Assembly (NCBI GenBank): GCA_964016885.1
Contig: OZ024756.1
Location: 20,894,001-20,958,000 of the forward strand
Length of the DNA: 64,000 nucleotides
Origin: Eledone cirrhosa
Lineage: Eukaryota
Direction of reading: 5' to 3'
Position 1 is the stretch's first letter; each line of letters starts with the position of its first letter. The position numbers were made by a program, and so were the translations under genes. Positions 1-13,520 of the stretch are shown piece after piece. The notes beneath the pieces are model-generated. The model had not been told where the DNA came from, searched no databases, and saw only the letters and a program-made list of their open reading frames with translations.

Positions 1-895
1 ACACAGTCCAGAAAATAGCTCTGCTAGACAGCTCATAAGCTACACACAGTCCAGAAAATAGCTCTGCTAGACAGCTCATAAGCTACACACAGTCCAGAAA
101 ATAGCTCTGCTAGACAGCTCATAAGCTACACCCAGTCCAGAAAATAGCTCTGCTAGATAGCTCATAAGCTAAACACAGTCCAGAAAATAGCTCTGCTAGA
201 TAGCTCATAAGCTACACACAGTCCAGAAAATAGCTCTGCTAGACAGCTCATAAGCTACACACAGTCCAGAAAATAGCTCTGCTAGATAGCTCATAAGCTA
301 CACACAGTCCATAAGATATCTCTGCTAGACAGCTCATAAGCTACACACAGTCCATAAGATATCTCTGCTAGACAGCTCATAAGCTACACACAGTCTAGAA
401 AATAGCTCTGCTAGACAGCTCATAAGCTACGCACAGTCCAGAAAATAGCTCTGCTAGACAGCTCATAAGCTACACACAGTCCAGAAAATAGCTCTGCTAG
501 ACAGCTCATAAGCTACACACAGTCCAGAAAATAGCTCTGCTAGACAGCTCATAAGCTACACACAGTCTAGAAAATAGCTCTGCTAGACAGCTCATAAGCT
601 ACACATAGTCCAGAAAATAGCTCTGCTAGACAGCTCATAAGCTAAACACAGTCCATAAGATATCTCTGCTAGACAGCTCATAAGCTACACACAGTCCAGA
701 AAATAGCTCTGCTAGACAGTTCATAAGCTACACACAGTCCAGAAAATAGCTCTGCTAGACAGCTCATAAGCTACACACAGTCTAGAAAATAGCTCTGCTA
801 GACAGCTCATAAGCTAAACACAGTCCATAAGATATCTCTGCTAGACAGTTCATAAGCTACACACAGTACAGAAAATAGTTTTGCTAGACAGCTCA
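1..895. repeat. 43-bp minisatellite, about 21 copies, truncated by the window start
   Basis: Unit ACACAGTCCAGAAAATAGCTCTGCTAGACAGCTCATAAGCTAC repeats with period 43; a recurring variant CCATAAGATATCTC is interspersed; no unique spacers. Confidence 0.97.
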
Positions 896-949
896 AATCA
901 TACACAATAACATTATTCACACAACATATACTCTGTAGGATCATCAACC

Positions 950-1120
950 AGTAACATTATTCCAAAGACTTTTCAAAGGAACGCCATTTCGGCCGCTTGT
1001 ATTCGTGATCGTATTCTTTCAGTTATTACCCAAGATTCATGACCATAGGTAAGGGTTGGCACGAATACCGAATTGAAGATAGCGGGTTTGGCTTTTACAC
1101 CTGCCTCACTTCTGATTACT
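950..1120 (-). mobile_element. RTE-clade LINE relic (C-terminal part of RT region)
   Basis: Minus strand translates to KAKPAIFNSVFVPTLTYGHESWVITERIRSRIQAAEMAFL*KVFG, typical of RTE ORF C-termini; internal stop. Confidence 0.8.
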
Positions 1121-1140
1121 GAATACAAGCTGTTGTTGAA

Positions 1141-1460
1141 GGTTGCGAATTGGCAGAGTCATTAGAACGTCGGATAGAATGTTTTATGGTATTCGTTCCG
1201 ACTCTCTGCTCTCTGAGTTCAAATCCCGCCGAGGTCAACTTTGCTTTTCATCCGTTCGAGGTTAATAAAAAAAAAAAGTACCAATCCAGTACTGGGGTCA
1301 ATTCTTCCTCTATATCTCTTTCTCATTTCCTCTCTCTCACTTTCTACCTCTCTCTGGAAGAAATCTACTGTACTCTGGGCTCTGCTGGGCTTAAAATACC
1401 CAAGAAACGCCGTATGTCAATACGGCTCGCCTACGATTCTATCAGGAGTTACGGGACCAT
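1141..1460 (+). mobile_element. tRNA-derived SINE variant with an extended 3' region (related copies about 2345-2755 minus, 60240-60565 plus, partial 16035-16115)
   Basis: A-box-like TGGCAGAGTCATT and B-box GAGTTCAAATCC, core GGTCAACTTTGCTTTTCATCC...AAGTACCA, and shared tail ...GAAGAAATCT...CAATACGGC...CAGGAGTTACGGGAC. Confidence 0.85.
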
Positions 1461-2481
1461 ACCATATCATATCAGAGCTGTTGTTACTGTTGTACTAATT
1501 TATTTATCTATTTACTCATTTATTTATTTATTATTTCTCTTTTCAAAGGTTTACTCTACGACCATACCAAATCCTATATAGCACTGTTCATGATGTGTAC
1601 AACCTCATATGGACTTGCCGCAATTTTTACGCTCATTTTATGCTATTTTTATCGCCAACAGAACTCATCAAGTAACATCACAACAATACCTATTCAATGA
1701 TTAAACATTAAAAGAAACACATTTTTTAAAATAAAACCCAAACGGCCGGGATACATATGAAGGATGAAGTGCTGATTTGTACGATGGAAGCAAATTTCTT
1801 TTCTGTATGTGATTGCAATATATTCATTTATTTTTCAAAAGGAATTATTAAAGGTCATGTAGGAAACAAAAAAACAAAAAACAAAAAAAAACAAACAAAA
1901 AAAAACAAAAGAAAAACCAAAACATCGTAAAAGGCCATATTCAATAATAATAACCTTTTTTTTAAATTTCGGCCTTCTTTGATCTGAGTTCAAATTCCAC
2001 CGCGGTTAACTTAGCTTTTCCTTCCACCGGGATAACGTAAGTACCAGATATTGACTGGAAGTGAAACCTTTCCATTTATATACACCCTTCGTTTAAAAGT
2101 GTGTGGCCTGGTGTCCACATAAAAATAGGGCACGGTTTGATAAGATAAACACAAAAATAAGAAAAAAAAAATGAAATGAAATAGATTATTGTGTTCCCTT
2201 GTTCCGATGTGAGAAATTCTTATTGAAGTCAGTAAAACATCAAACAAGATGCCTTCATGCTGGTAATATTTGACTTGAATCCCTCCAGGATTAACTTTGC
2301 CTTTCATTTTTATAGGGTCAATAAAATAAGTACCCATTCATCACCTTTTTTTTAGCCCCGTAAACTCCTGAGGGAGTCTGGGAAGCCGTAGTGAAATACA
2401 GCGTTTCTTGGGCATTTTTAAAAACCTGGCGGAGCCCACTTCCTCTCCAGGTTTGAACACAGCAGATTTCTTCCAGAGAAG

Positions 2482-2580
<99 letters not shown>

Positions 2581-2829
2581 TGGAAATGAGAAAGAAATAT
2601 AGCGGAAGAATCGACCTCAGTATTAGACTGGTACTTTTTTTATCGACCTCGTATGGATGAAAGACAAAGTGGATGAAAGGAATGGATGAAAGGCGGGATT
2701 TTAACTTAGAGAGGTGAAGGCTGAAACAACGGCACTGCCAATTCGCCGCCATATCGGCCTATCACTGGAATCGATCAAATTGATTATATCCCCCGCCCCT
2801 AAATATATGGCTTTGTGTCTATGTCAGAA

Positions 2830-4850
2830 ATCATTAGCAGAATTAGCAGAGCATCAGATAAATGCTTAGCGTTATTTAATTGCAGCTTTCTGAGTTCAAA
2901 TGCTGCCAATAGATCGACTTAGCCTTTCATTATTCTACGGTCGACAAAATGAAGTACCAGTCACGCACTGGAGGGTCGATTTAATCGATATTACGTCTAA
3001 CCCTCAAACTTTCTGTCTTATGTCTATTTTAATATGTTTATTTAGGGGAAATTGACTGGCAGAATAGTTAGAACGTTAGAGAACATGCTGGGTTGTATTT
3101 GTTGCGAGTTTTCACATGCTGAGTTCAAATCCCACCGAAGTCAACTTTGTATTTCAACCTTCCTGGGTGGATAAAATAAAGTACCAGTCATGTACTGGCG
3201 TCGATATACTCGACTTCTCTCCAAATTGCTGGCCTTGTGCCTAAATTATAAACCATTATTGTTTTGGCAGCATCGGTAGAGGGTTGGACGCCATGCTTTC
3301 TAGCATAGAGTTACGTCTCTTTATGATCTGAGTTCAAATCCCACCGAGGTTAACTTTGCCTTTCATCCTTACGGGGTCGATAAAATAAAGTACCAGTAAT
3401 GTGCTGGGTAATTGCTGGCCTTGTGCCTAAAGTAGAAACAATTATTGTTATTAAGGGCGGTGGATTGGCAGTATCGGTAGAGGGTCGGACGCCATGCTTT
3501 GACGCATAGAGTTACGGCCCTTGCCATTCTGAGTTCAAATCCCGCCGAGGTTAGCTTTGCCATTCATCCTTACGGGGTCGATAAAATAAAGTACCAGTAA
3601 TACACTGGGGGTCGATTTAAGCGACTTTTCCCTCTCCCAAAATTGCCGGCCTTGTGCCTATATAAGAAACTAATATTAACGGTGTGGATGACTGAAGCGA
3701 CAGGGACTAACGTCAAGTCCTTGTTCATTCTGAATTAAAATTTGGCCAGTCTCCACATTGCCTTTCATTTATCCGGTGTCAATAAAATAAAATACCCGTC
3801 AATTTCGGGATAAATTTGATTGACTTTCCTCAATCTCCAAATTGCTGGCCTTGGGCCTAAATTAGAAATCATTATTAGGTAGCAGTATCGGTAGAGGGTT
3901 GGACACCATGCTTTCTAGCATAGTTACGTCCCTTTACAGTCTGAGTTCAAATCCCGCCGAGGTTAACTTTGCCTTTCATCCTTACGGGGTCGATAAAATA
4001 AAGTACCAGTAATGTACTAGGTAATTGCTGGCCTTGTGCCTAAAGTAGAAACAATTATTAGGGCGGTGGATTGGCAGTATCGGTAGAGGGTCGGACGCCA
4101 TCCTTTGCAGCAAAGAGTTAAGGCCCTTTATGGTTTGAGTTCAAATCCTGCCGAAGTTAACTTTACCTTTCATCCTTACAGGGCCGATAAAATAAAGTAC
4201 CAGTAATGCACTGGGGTAATTGCTGGCCTTGTGCCAAAAGTAGAAATAATTATTAGGGCTGTGTAATAAATAAATAAATATGTGAATAAATCATTAGTAT
4301 CGGTAGAGGGTCGGACGCCATGCTTTCCAGCATAGTTACGGCCCTTTACGATCTGAGTTCAAATCCCGCCGAGGTTGACTTTGCCTTTCATCCTTACGGG
4401 GTCGATAAAATAAAGTACCAGTAATGCACTGGGTAATTGCTGGCCTTGTGCCAAAAGTAGAAACAATTATTATGGCTGTGTAAAGGTTGGTGGATTGGCA
4501 GAATCGGTAGAGTGTCAGACAAAATGCTTCGCAGCATATAGTTACGCCCCTTTCGTCTAATCCCGCCTAGGTTAGCTTTGCCTTTCATCCTTACTGGGAC
4601 GATAAAATAAAGCACCAGTAACGAACTGGTGTCGATTTAATCGACTTTCGCCTTCCCTAAAAATTGTTGCCCTTATGCCTAAATCAGAAACCCTTATTAG
4701 AGCTGTGTAAAGGACGATAGTTTGGCAGATTGCCTTCATTACTTCCGAGGTCGATAAAATAAAGTACCAGTAACGCACTGTGTCGAGTTAATCGACTTTC
4801 TCGCTCTCACAAATTGTTGGCCTCGTGCCTATATAAAAAAATCATTGTGC
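2830..4850 (+). mobile_element. Head-to-tail array of about 10 full or partial copies of the dominant tRNA-derived SINE
   Basis: Repeated TGGCAGTATCGGTAGAG...CTGAGTTCAAATCCCGCCGAGGTTAACTTTGCCTTTCATCCTTACGGGGTCGATAAAATAAAGTACCAG...GCTGGCCTTGTGCCTAAAGTAGAAACAATTATT. Confidence 0.9.
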
Positions 4851-5917
4851 ATGATAGGAACAATGGGAGACAACTTATGTTACATCGGTGTTGAAATCCA
4901 GTCGATATATATATATATATATATAATATATATTATATATTTATTTATGTATATATATATAATATATTTATGTATATATATATATATATATATATTATAT
5001 ATTTATGTATGAGGACAAACTTTTTCATATGTAACCCATTTGCAGCGCCGCAGCTCCATTATTATCATATTTACACATATATTTTTCCTCTGCTGCCACC
5101 AGCCTGTTTCGTTCTTTGTGTCTTTACCCTTTCTAGCAGTCTCTCTCTCTCTCTGTTAGCCTCTTCCTCACCTTTCACTCACTCACTCTCTGTCACTACC
5201 TCTCCTCCACCCCTTTCTTCCCGTTTCACCTGTCCGTAATCCTTTTCTCGCGGGCACTTGGCCAAGCCGGTATGAATTTTTTTTCTCTCTCTCTCTCGTC
5301 TGCGACTTCACAGAACTTATGTTTACCGAATTCGCAGACCAGACCCCTTCTTCCTCCCGTTAGACCTGTGCGAAATTCCTTCCTTGCTCACATTTCAACC
5401 AGGTTTGATGGTCTTTATTCTCTCGTTCACGATTTCACCGGATTTATATTCATAGAAATCTGGGACTTGTTTCCTTCTTCATTACTTTCTGCTGCTTAAA
5501 CCATTTTGTTCGTTTACCCTAGCGTCCCCCTTATTTACGTGTCCCAACAACTTTTTTTTAGCCGTTGCTCGCACCAACCTGAGGTATATGGCCTCTAATG
5601 CGACGAAATGCCTACGACGGTTGGATGGCCACTGATGAGGACACACTTTTTCATATGTAACCCATTTGCAGCGCCGCAGCTCCATTATATATATATATAA
5701 TATATTTATGTATATATATATATTTGCTTTGCAAGGTTTTTGATATGAAATCGTGTGTCGAAACAAATATTGTTATACTTGGGGAGGGTCATATTTATGT
5801 AGGCCAAATGAATTAACTATGGAGATATAAAAGATACAGAAGCGAAAACCAACCAAGCAGTGAGTCTGTTGTTATTATTTCTGGCAAATATTATTACAAC
5901 AATATGACCCTCCTCAA

Positions 5918-5957
<40 letters not shown>

Positions 5958-5993
5958 GTATATATATATATATATTATATATATATTTATGTA

Positions 5994-6037
<44 letters not shown>

Positions 6038-6240
6038 GTTATGAATATATATTATATATATATTTATATATATATATATAGTTATGAATATATGTATATA
6101 TATATATTATATAATGTAGGAGGTGAGTTTTATTGTAGTACAATAAAGCAATGCAGATATCGGATAAGAAGCACTCTACAGTTTGTGGGACTGGAGTATG
6201 CATAATATAAGATCAAAAGATGGTTAAAGGAGTTCCATAT

Positions 6241-6309
6241 ATTTTATTATGCGCATTTCAAAAACAAACATCATCAAGCAATAATATTTGTGTTTTCATC
6301 AGATAAAAC
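6241..6309 (-). ncRNA. Minimal type-I hammerhead ribozyme (left arm of palindrome)
   Basis: Exact reverse complement of the 6430-6498 motif. Confidence 0.85.
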
Positions 6310-6429
6310 AGGAGAACATGATATGAAGGCTAAAAAACACTTGTTGATAGTGCAGTTTTAAATCAACATATGTTGATTTAAAACTGCACTATCAACAAGT
6401 GTTTTTTAGCCTTCATATCATGTTCTCCT

Positions 6430-6498
6430 GTTTTATCTGATGAAAACACAAATATTATTGCTTGATGATGTTTGTTTTTGAAATGCGCATAATAAAAT
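6430..6498 (+). ncRNA. Minimal type-I hammerhead ribozyme with palindromic stem III
   Basis: Stem I GTTTTAT/ATAAAAT; CTGATGA 6437-6443; stem II CAAATATTAT/ATGATGTTTG; GAAA 6480-6483; TGCGCA palindrome; AUA site with predicted cleavage after 6491. Confidence 0.87.
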
Positions 6499-6557
6499 AT
6501 ATGGAACTCCTTTAACCATCTTTTGATCTTATATTATATATATTATATATATAGTTA

Positions 6558-6662
<105 letters not shown>

Positions 6663-6828
6663 GTTATGAATATATGTATATATATTATATATATAGTTAT
6701 GAATATATATATATATAGTTATGAATATATGTATATATATATATATAGTTATGAATATATGTATATATATATATTATATATATAGTTATGAATATATGTA
6801 TATATATATATTATATATATAGTTATGA

Positions 6829-6864
<36 letters not shown>

Positions 6865-7351
6865 GTTATGAATATATATATATATATATATATATATGCA
6901 TATATCAGTCAAATTCGCTCACCAACATAAAAAAAAAAGAAATTGTGGCATTGTGCGAATTCGAAATTATTATTATTATTAAAATTGAGGTTAAATTTGC
7001 CTTTCATCCTTACGAGGTCGATAAAATAAAGTACCAGTAATGTACTGGGGTCGATTTGTGGCCAATAAATAAAACCATTATTTCCAAATCGCGCCGAGGT
7101 TAACTTTGCCTTTCATCCTTACGGGGTCGATAAAATAAAGTACCAGTAATGCACTGGCTAATTTCTGGCCTTGTGCCAATAGTAGAAACAATTATTTCAC
7201 ATTGAGTGAGATGCAAACAATGTTTAAAACTGTTTTATGACGAGGTCGTAGTAACAGAACCTAGTTGTTAAGTGAAGAATTCGTTTACTGACTAATTCGA
7301 TTTACGACGATGTCGGTAAAACGGACACGAGTCGTTAAGTGAGGTAGTGAC

Positions 7352-7413
<62 letters not shown>

Positions 7414-7525
7414 ACAAAGGAATTGTGGTAAGGAACCAGATGGACCATACACACCAGAGTACTCAATACTTAGGGTAGTAGAGTGGGAAATAGGAAAAAG
7501 TATGACATATATATATATATGTATA

Positions 7526-7569
<44 letters not shown>

Positions 7570-7826
7570 AATATAAATTAGCGAGAATCCTATTTCGGCT
7601 TTGGAATTAGCGAAAAACAACTTCCGGGATGTGTGGCAAGCGCTCAATAATTCTGACGAACCAGAGCTACAACATACGTTTAAGGCCAAACACACTGAGA
7701 CGATGGTTAAACCGTCATCCGCACGACCATAGAAACGACCAAGTAATTCGGGTCAAACAAATAAAAAAATATGTGATTGAATATATATATATATATATTT
7801 ATTTATACATATATATACATATATAC

Positions 7827-7908
<82 letters not shown>

Positions 7909-8131
7909 GTGTATATATATATATGTATAAATATATACAGTGAAGGCGTGTCGCAATCGTGAGGTTGTGAGTTCGATTCCTGGACCAGCCGATGCGTTAT
8001 GTCGTTGAGCAAGACACTTTATTTCACGTTGCTCCTTCTACCTGGAGTTGCGACCGATAGATAGTATTAGCAATTGGAAAGACCAACGGAAACATTGTTT
8101 CCTTGGTCCGATTTGACGAAAGTCGATCGTT

Positions 8132-8188
<57 letters not shown>

Positions 8189-8311
8189 AGGAGGTGAGTT
8201 TTATTGTAGTACAATAAAGCAATGCAGATATCGGATAAGAAGCACTCTACAGTTTGTAGGACTGGAGTATACATAATATAAGATCAAAAGATGGTTAAAG
8301 GAGTTCCATGT

Positions 8312-8380
8312 ATTTTATTATGCGCATTTCAAAAACAAACATCATCATGCAATAATATTTGTGTTTTCATCAGATAAAAT
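8312..8380 (-). ncRNA. Hammerhead ribozyme, second copy of the 6241-6309 family (in a duplicated fragment about 8175-8520)
   Basis: Near-identical to 6241-6309 with intact CTGATGA, GAAA, TGCGCA and TA; a partial inverted copy follows at about 8443-8520. Confidence 0.83.
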
Positions 8381-8884
8381 AGGAGAACATGATATGAAGG
8401 CTAAAAAACACTTGTGGATATATATATATATATATTATTGTATGATGATGTTTGTTTTTGAAATGCGCATAATAAAATACATGGAACTCCTTTAACCATC
8501 TTTTGATCTTATATTATATATATATATATATATACTTCGTTTTTTAATTTGTTTTGCAAGATTTCTTATGTAAAAACGTGTGTTGAAACAGATATTGTTA
8601 TACTTTGGGAAGCTCATGCTGCCAATAAAAACACACGCACTTGTTGGCTTTCACTTCAATTTATTATATATTTCCATTATAAATATATTAATGGAGAGGT
8701 CGGAAAAGCATTCATTAATAGACCATTACCGAACATGTTCATATATATAACTTTATTTGTATTGTTTTATCATTGGAATTGTACTTCATATGTTTGTTTT
8801 TACTTTCTTTTATATTTCCTTCTTCAAGGAATAAATAAATTATATTTCATAAGCAATCGAATTATTGTGCTTTTTTTAAAATGT

Positions 8885-9803
8885 GGCACCACACCATTTT
8901 ACTGGTTTTAAGGATTAGACTGTGGCCATGCTGGGGCACCACACCCTTTTACTGGTTTTAGTGATTAGACTGTGGCCATGCTGGGGCACCACACCCTTTT
9001 ACTGGTTTTAGTGATTAGACTGTGGCCATGCTGGGGCACCACACCCTTTTACTGGTTTTAGTGATTAGACTGTGGCCATGCTGGGGCACCACACCCTTTT
9101 ACTGGTTTTAGTGATTAGACTGTGGCCATGCTGGGGCACCACACCCTTTTACTGGTTTTAGTGATTAGACTGTGGCCATGCTGGGGCACCACACCCTTTT
9201 ACTGGTTTTAGTGATTAGACTGTGGCCATGCTGGGGCACCACACCCTTTTACTGGTTTTAGTGATTAGACTGTGGCCATGCTGGGGCACCACACCCTTTT
9301 ACTGGTTTTAGTGATTAGACTGTGGCCATGCTGGGGCACCACACCCTTTTACTGGTTTTAGTGATTAGACTGTGGCCATGCTGGGGCACCACACCCTTTT
9401 ACTGGTTTTAGTGATTAGACTGTGGCCATGCTGGTGCACCACAGCCTTTTATTGGTTTTAATGATTAGACTGTGGCCATACTGGGGCACCACACCCTTTT
9501 ACTGGTTTTAATGATTAGACTGTGGCCATCCTGGGGCACCACACCCTTTTACTGGTTTCCATCATTAGACTGTGGCCATGCTGGGGCACAACACCCTTTT
9601 ACTGGTTTTAGTGATTAGACTGTGGCCATGCTGAGGCACCACACCCTTTTACTGGTTTCCATCATTAGACTGTGGGCATGCTGGGGCACAACACCCTTTT
9701 ACTCGTTTTAGTGATTAGACTGTGGCCATGCTGGGGCACCACACCCTTTTACTGCTTTACTGGTTTTAGTAATTAGACTGTGGCCATACTGGGGCTCCAC
9801 ACT
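8885..9803. repeat. 50-bp minisatellite, about 18 copies
   Basis: Unit GGCACCACACCCTTTTACTGGTTTTAGTGATTAGACTGTGGCCATGCTGG, period 50, homogeneous centre and diverged ends. Confidence 0.97.
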
Positions 9804-10006
9804 CATATAATCTTTAACTGGTTTCAGCTTAATTGTCATTATATGTTGTTGTGTGTAGATTTTTTTTCAAGGGAGATAAGTCCTTATACATTCATTTTAA
9901 CGACTACTTATGTTGGTTTGTGTTTCCCCTTTGTTCTAGTGTAAAACAGAACAAAGAGGGAACACAAATTAATATTCATTTTAACTTATCTCCCTTTTAC
10001 AAACAG

Positions 10007-10710
10007 CATGAACTACTGGAATTGTATTAAACACTTTATGGCTCAACATTTGACATTTCCTCTTTCAAGAATCCCTGCTACATGACTTGAACCTGTACAA
10101 AAGGGTATTCATAGAATTCTCATTATTTTATATCCAATATATGCTGTCATGGAGCATCAAGGTGCTTCACGGTGATTAAATCAGAACTAATCTCTAAATT
10201 AGACAAAATACAAAGGGGATGTAACTCCATAGATATTGTGTATATGTACATCAGGACGCTAGACTTTTATGTAGTAAATATTTATAATCCCCACAAAAGC
10301 ACAGAGACAATAAAACAAATTGAAGACTTCCTAGATACATCTAATTCACAATTCAAAACACTAATTTCAGGGGACTTTAACGCACACTATCCATATTGGA
10401 ATACTAACATCAGGAAAAACAGTATAAAAGAAGTAGAATATCTCTTAGAGAGACACAACTTTATTCTACATACAACTTGATTCTACACACAGTACCAGAC
10501 TCCTCTACCTACAGTCATTTTAACAATAGAACCTCAACAATAGACCACTTGTGGTCTTCTCTTCCAGCCTCTCCGTTTAGGGAATTAAGACTCAATATGG
10601 ATCTAGGGCTGGGTCACGCCACTAACATTTTTAATATTGCAATTCTCTACTCCCACGATCTTCTCAGGAATAAGTGGGCGTAGAAGAAGAAGAAGAAGAA
10701 GAAGAAGAAG
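10007..10710 (+). mobile_element. Degenerate APE-type endonuclease of a non-LTR retrotransposon, followed by (GAA)n
   Basis: Motifs YWNC, QESLL, VVNIYNP, LISGDFNAHYPYW and STYSHFNNRTSTIDHLW across frameshifts. Confidence 0.8.
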
Positions 10711-11051
10711 CATTTATATTGAAAAACATAACAGCATTGCAGCTAATAGGCGTTCAGTCAACTACTTTTCTTAATAGTTTCAAATTCATATATGCTTGTA
10801 AATTTTAGATTGACAATCCTTTGTGCATAACTAACCAGTATTTATTTCGTTTTTTTAGGAGTAAACATGACAAACAATACAATGTATACAATACATACAG
10901 ACAATAATACAATACATACATACGATAAGTAATATTACCAGGTCATCGTGACCTCACAACGCACCATTACACTTTACAATTGTCTTGAGGACAAAAAACT
11001 ATAGCCCACTAGATGACTCTATCTACTCTTCTCCAACATCTGTCTTCGATC

Positions 11052-11650
11052 TAGATATAGATACCTCACATCATATCATAATAACCCACAAATAACCCGA
11101 TACTATTGTTATGATCTAAACTAAATATAGATACCTCACATCATATCTTAATAACCCACAACTCCCCCACATACTAAACTAGATAGATCACATCATATCT
11201 TAATAACCCACAACTCCCACATACTATTACTAGGATCTAAACTAGATACCTCACATCATATCTTAATACGCCCCCCCCCACATACTAAACTAGATAGATC
11301 ACATCATATCTTAATAACCCACAACTCCCACATACTATTACTAGGATCTAAACTAGTTACCCCACATCATATCTTAATAACCCACAACTACCCCCCACAT
11401 ACTAAACTAGATACCACACATCATATCTTAATAACCCAAAACTCCCACACATACTATTACTATGATCTAAACTAGATACCTCACATCATATCTTAATAAC
11501 CTACAAATTCCACATACTATTACTATGATCTCAATTAGATACCTCACATCATATCTTAATAACCCACAACTCCCACACACACTAAACTAGATAGCTCACA
11601 TCATATCTTAATAACCCACAAGTCCCAAACATACTATTACTATGATTTAA
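11052..11650. repeat. Composite minisatellite of alternating about 50-bp and about 62-bp related units
   Basis: Shared CACATCATATCTTAATAACCCACAACTCCCAC; long units add TATTACTAGGATC before TAAACTAGATA. Confidence 0.9.
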
Positions 11651-11689
11651 GCGGATGTTGAAGCATATAGACAATATTCCCCCACGCCC

Positions 11690-11970
11690 TCACGCTTTAA
11701 AGTGGTCATGTAGGTGTCGCTACAAAAAGCACCCAGTCCACACTGTAAAGTGGTTGTGTAGATGCCATGGTAAAAAACGCACCTACTACTCATTGTAAAC
11801 GAGGTTGGTGTTAGGAAGGGCATCCAGCTGTAGAAACCGAGTAAAAATCAATCCTGTATGAGCAAGACACGGTCACTCGTCCTGGCATTGCCCACAACAG
11901 GACAATCTGTCTAACTCATGCTAGCGTGGAGACATCGATGTAAAACGGTGATGATAATGATGATGATTCT
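11690..11970 (+). mobile_element. SINE/short element with (GAT)n tail (related copies about 55350-55660 plus, 60570-61445 minus)
   Basis: Shared GGTTGGTGTTAGGAAGGGCATCCAGCTGTAGAAA...GAGCAAGACAC and (TGA)n tail. Confidence 0.7.
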
Positions 11971-12147
11971 ATGTAGGTCTAAAATAGCTAATGTGTGTGT
12001 GTGTGTTTTAATTCCAATGAAATGCTGATATGGTTTAACTGCTATTTCTATCAGTTTGAGCGCTAACACCAACACCAGCACCACCAGCACCAGCACCACC
12101 ACCACCACCACCACATTTACGCAGTCTCGCTTACCTCTATATTGTAT

Positions 12148-12247
12148 AATCAAAATTAATAACGTTTAATACAATTTATGATACGATAAAGTTATATCTA
12201 TAACTTTATCGTATCATAAATTGTATTAAACGTTATTAATTTTGATT
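12148..12247. repeat. Perfect inverted repeat, 49-bp arms, 2-nt spacer
   Basis: AATCAAAATT...GTTATA tc TATAAC...AATTTTGATT. Confidence 0.92.
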
Positions 12248-12249
12248 GT

Positions 12250-12640
12250 TATTGTTTTCTATTTGTGTTGAAAATTTAATTCGGATTTTATCTAATTGTC
12301 GGCAACTTGTCGGTAACTTAACCTATAGCCAAAGAAGCTCATCAAACTGATCAAGTCCAGATTGACCTACAGGATAAAGTCGGGCAGTCGAGAAGAGACT
12401 GCCGAAGTTGGGGGATGCCTTACCGGAAGCGGAGGGACGAGTGAGATTACATGAGGGTTCAGGGCCTATTGACTGCCTCTTTTTCCCTCAGGACGCAGTC
12501 ATGTGTAGACATGTTGTGTGAACGGTGAGTGAGAGAGGTTCCGTTATCCTCTGTCGGATGTAAGACACGTGGATAGTGGACGACTCGGTCCGAAGTAGAT
12601 TGGAGATGCAAGGTAGGTCCAACCACTTTCAGATTAAAAG
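12250..12640 (-). mobile_element. Possible degraded LINE 3' end
   Basis: GC-richer island; minus strand gives LLDCPTL, resembling a C-terminal zinc-knuckle remnant, followed by an A-rich end. Confidence 0.3.
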
Positions 12641-13231
12641 GATAAAGTGGGAAGCATTATTGGATAAGGAAGGGAGGAGCAGGTATTCAGAGAACTTCCG
12701 GAGCCGACTGAGGACGTTGAAACGAAGTGGAGACTGCTCAGTTTAGCAGTTTCTACTTCAGCTGTTACAGACCTGCCAACTTCTAAAAACCCAAACAGGG
12801 AGTACCATGAAAACAAACGCCCCAAAGTGGGGAAGAAATGAGGCAAAATGAGGAGATTTTACATAATGAAAGCTTTACCCATTTTCACAAGAGAAGACAT
12901 CTCTCACCCACCCCAAGAGCTATTGCAAATCTCCCCGTTGGACTAGGAGAGTTGACAGGTCTGCTGTTATATTTACTTATATTTACTACATGGGTAAATT
13001 TTGAAAATTGTATTGGCTCTTGAAATACTATATTTGGAAAATATTTGATTCAGACTTCCATAAGGCACGTTAGCTATTTTATAAGAAAATGAGATATAGG
13101 ATGATAAAGTCGAGAATACAGTTTTGTCTTTAAAAAATTTGGGATGTTCACGACTGGAATGTCTTTGCTTATATGCTTTCTCAATCAGAGATGACTTAGA
13201 TTACTCATGCAAAATATTGAAAATTGATTCT

Positions 13232-13520
13232 AAGTCTAAAGTCTGTCTGGAGCCAAGAGGTTCATCAGCCCAGTGCTTATAACGGTTTCTGTGACGTGAA
13301 GCAACAGAGAGTACAAGACTTTCCACTGGACAAGACGCCAGTCCATTGCAGGGTTAAACCTCCAGTTACTGCTGATACTCATTTTCAGCTCAGTATAAAG
13401 AAGCAACATGAAATGAAGTGTTTCGCTCACGAACACAACCCACAACCTAGTCCAGGAATTGAACTCACAACGTCATGATCGTTAGTTCAACACACTTTCC
13501 ACTGAGCCACGCGCCTCCAC
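13232..13520 (-). mobile_element. Second tRNA-headed SINE family (related copies about 25995-26266 minus, 53672-53905 minus, 21520-21845 plus, 7940-8035 plus)
   Basis: Minus strand begins GGAGGCGCGTGGCTCAGTGG...GTGAGTTCAATTCCTGGAC, with central CACTTCATTTCATGTTGCT...CTGAGCTGAAAATGAGTA and a TTTAGACTT tail. Confidence 0.8.

Noticed and set aside
1-895. 43-bp, 50-bp, 94-bp and 42-bp arrays as CRISPR arrays
   Set aside because: Units are contiguous with no unique spacers, there are no cas genes, and the context is eukaryotic.
1150-1581. 143-aa ORF and the similar 60220-60588 ORF as genes
   Set aside because: They are read-throughs of the same SINE sequence.
3050-3145. tRNA genes at SINE heads
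   Set aside because: A/B-box-like motifs only; no complete cloverleaf, and each is followed by the SINE body.
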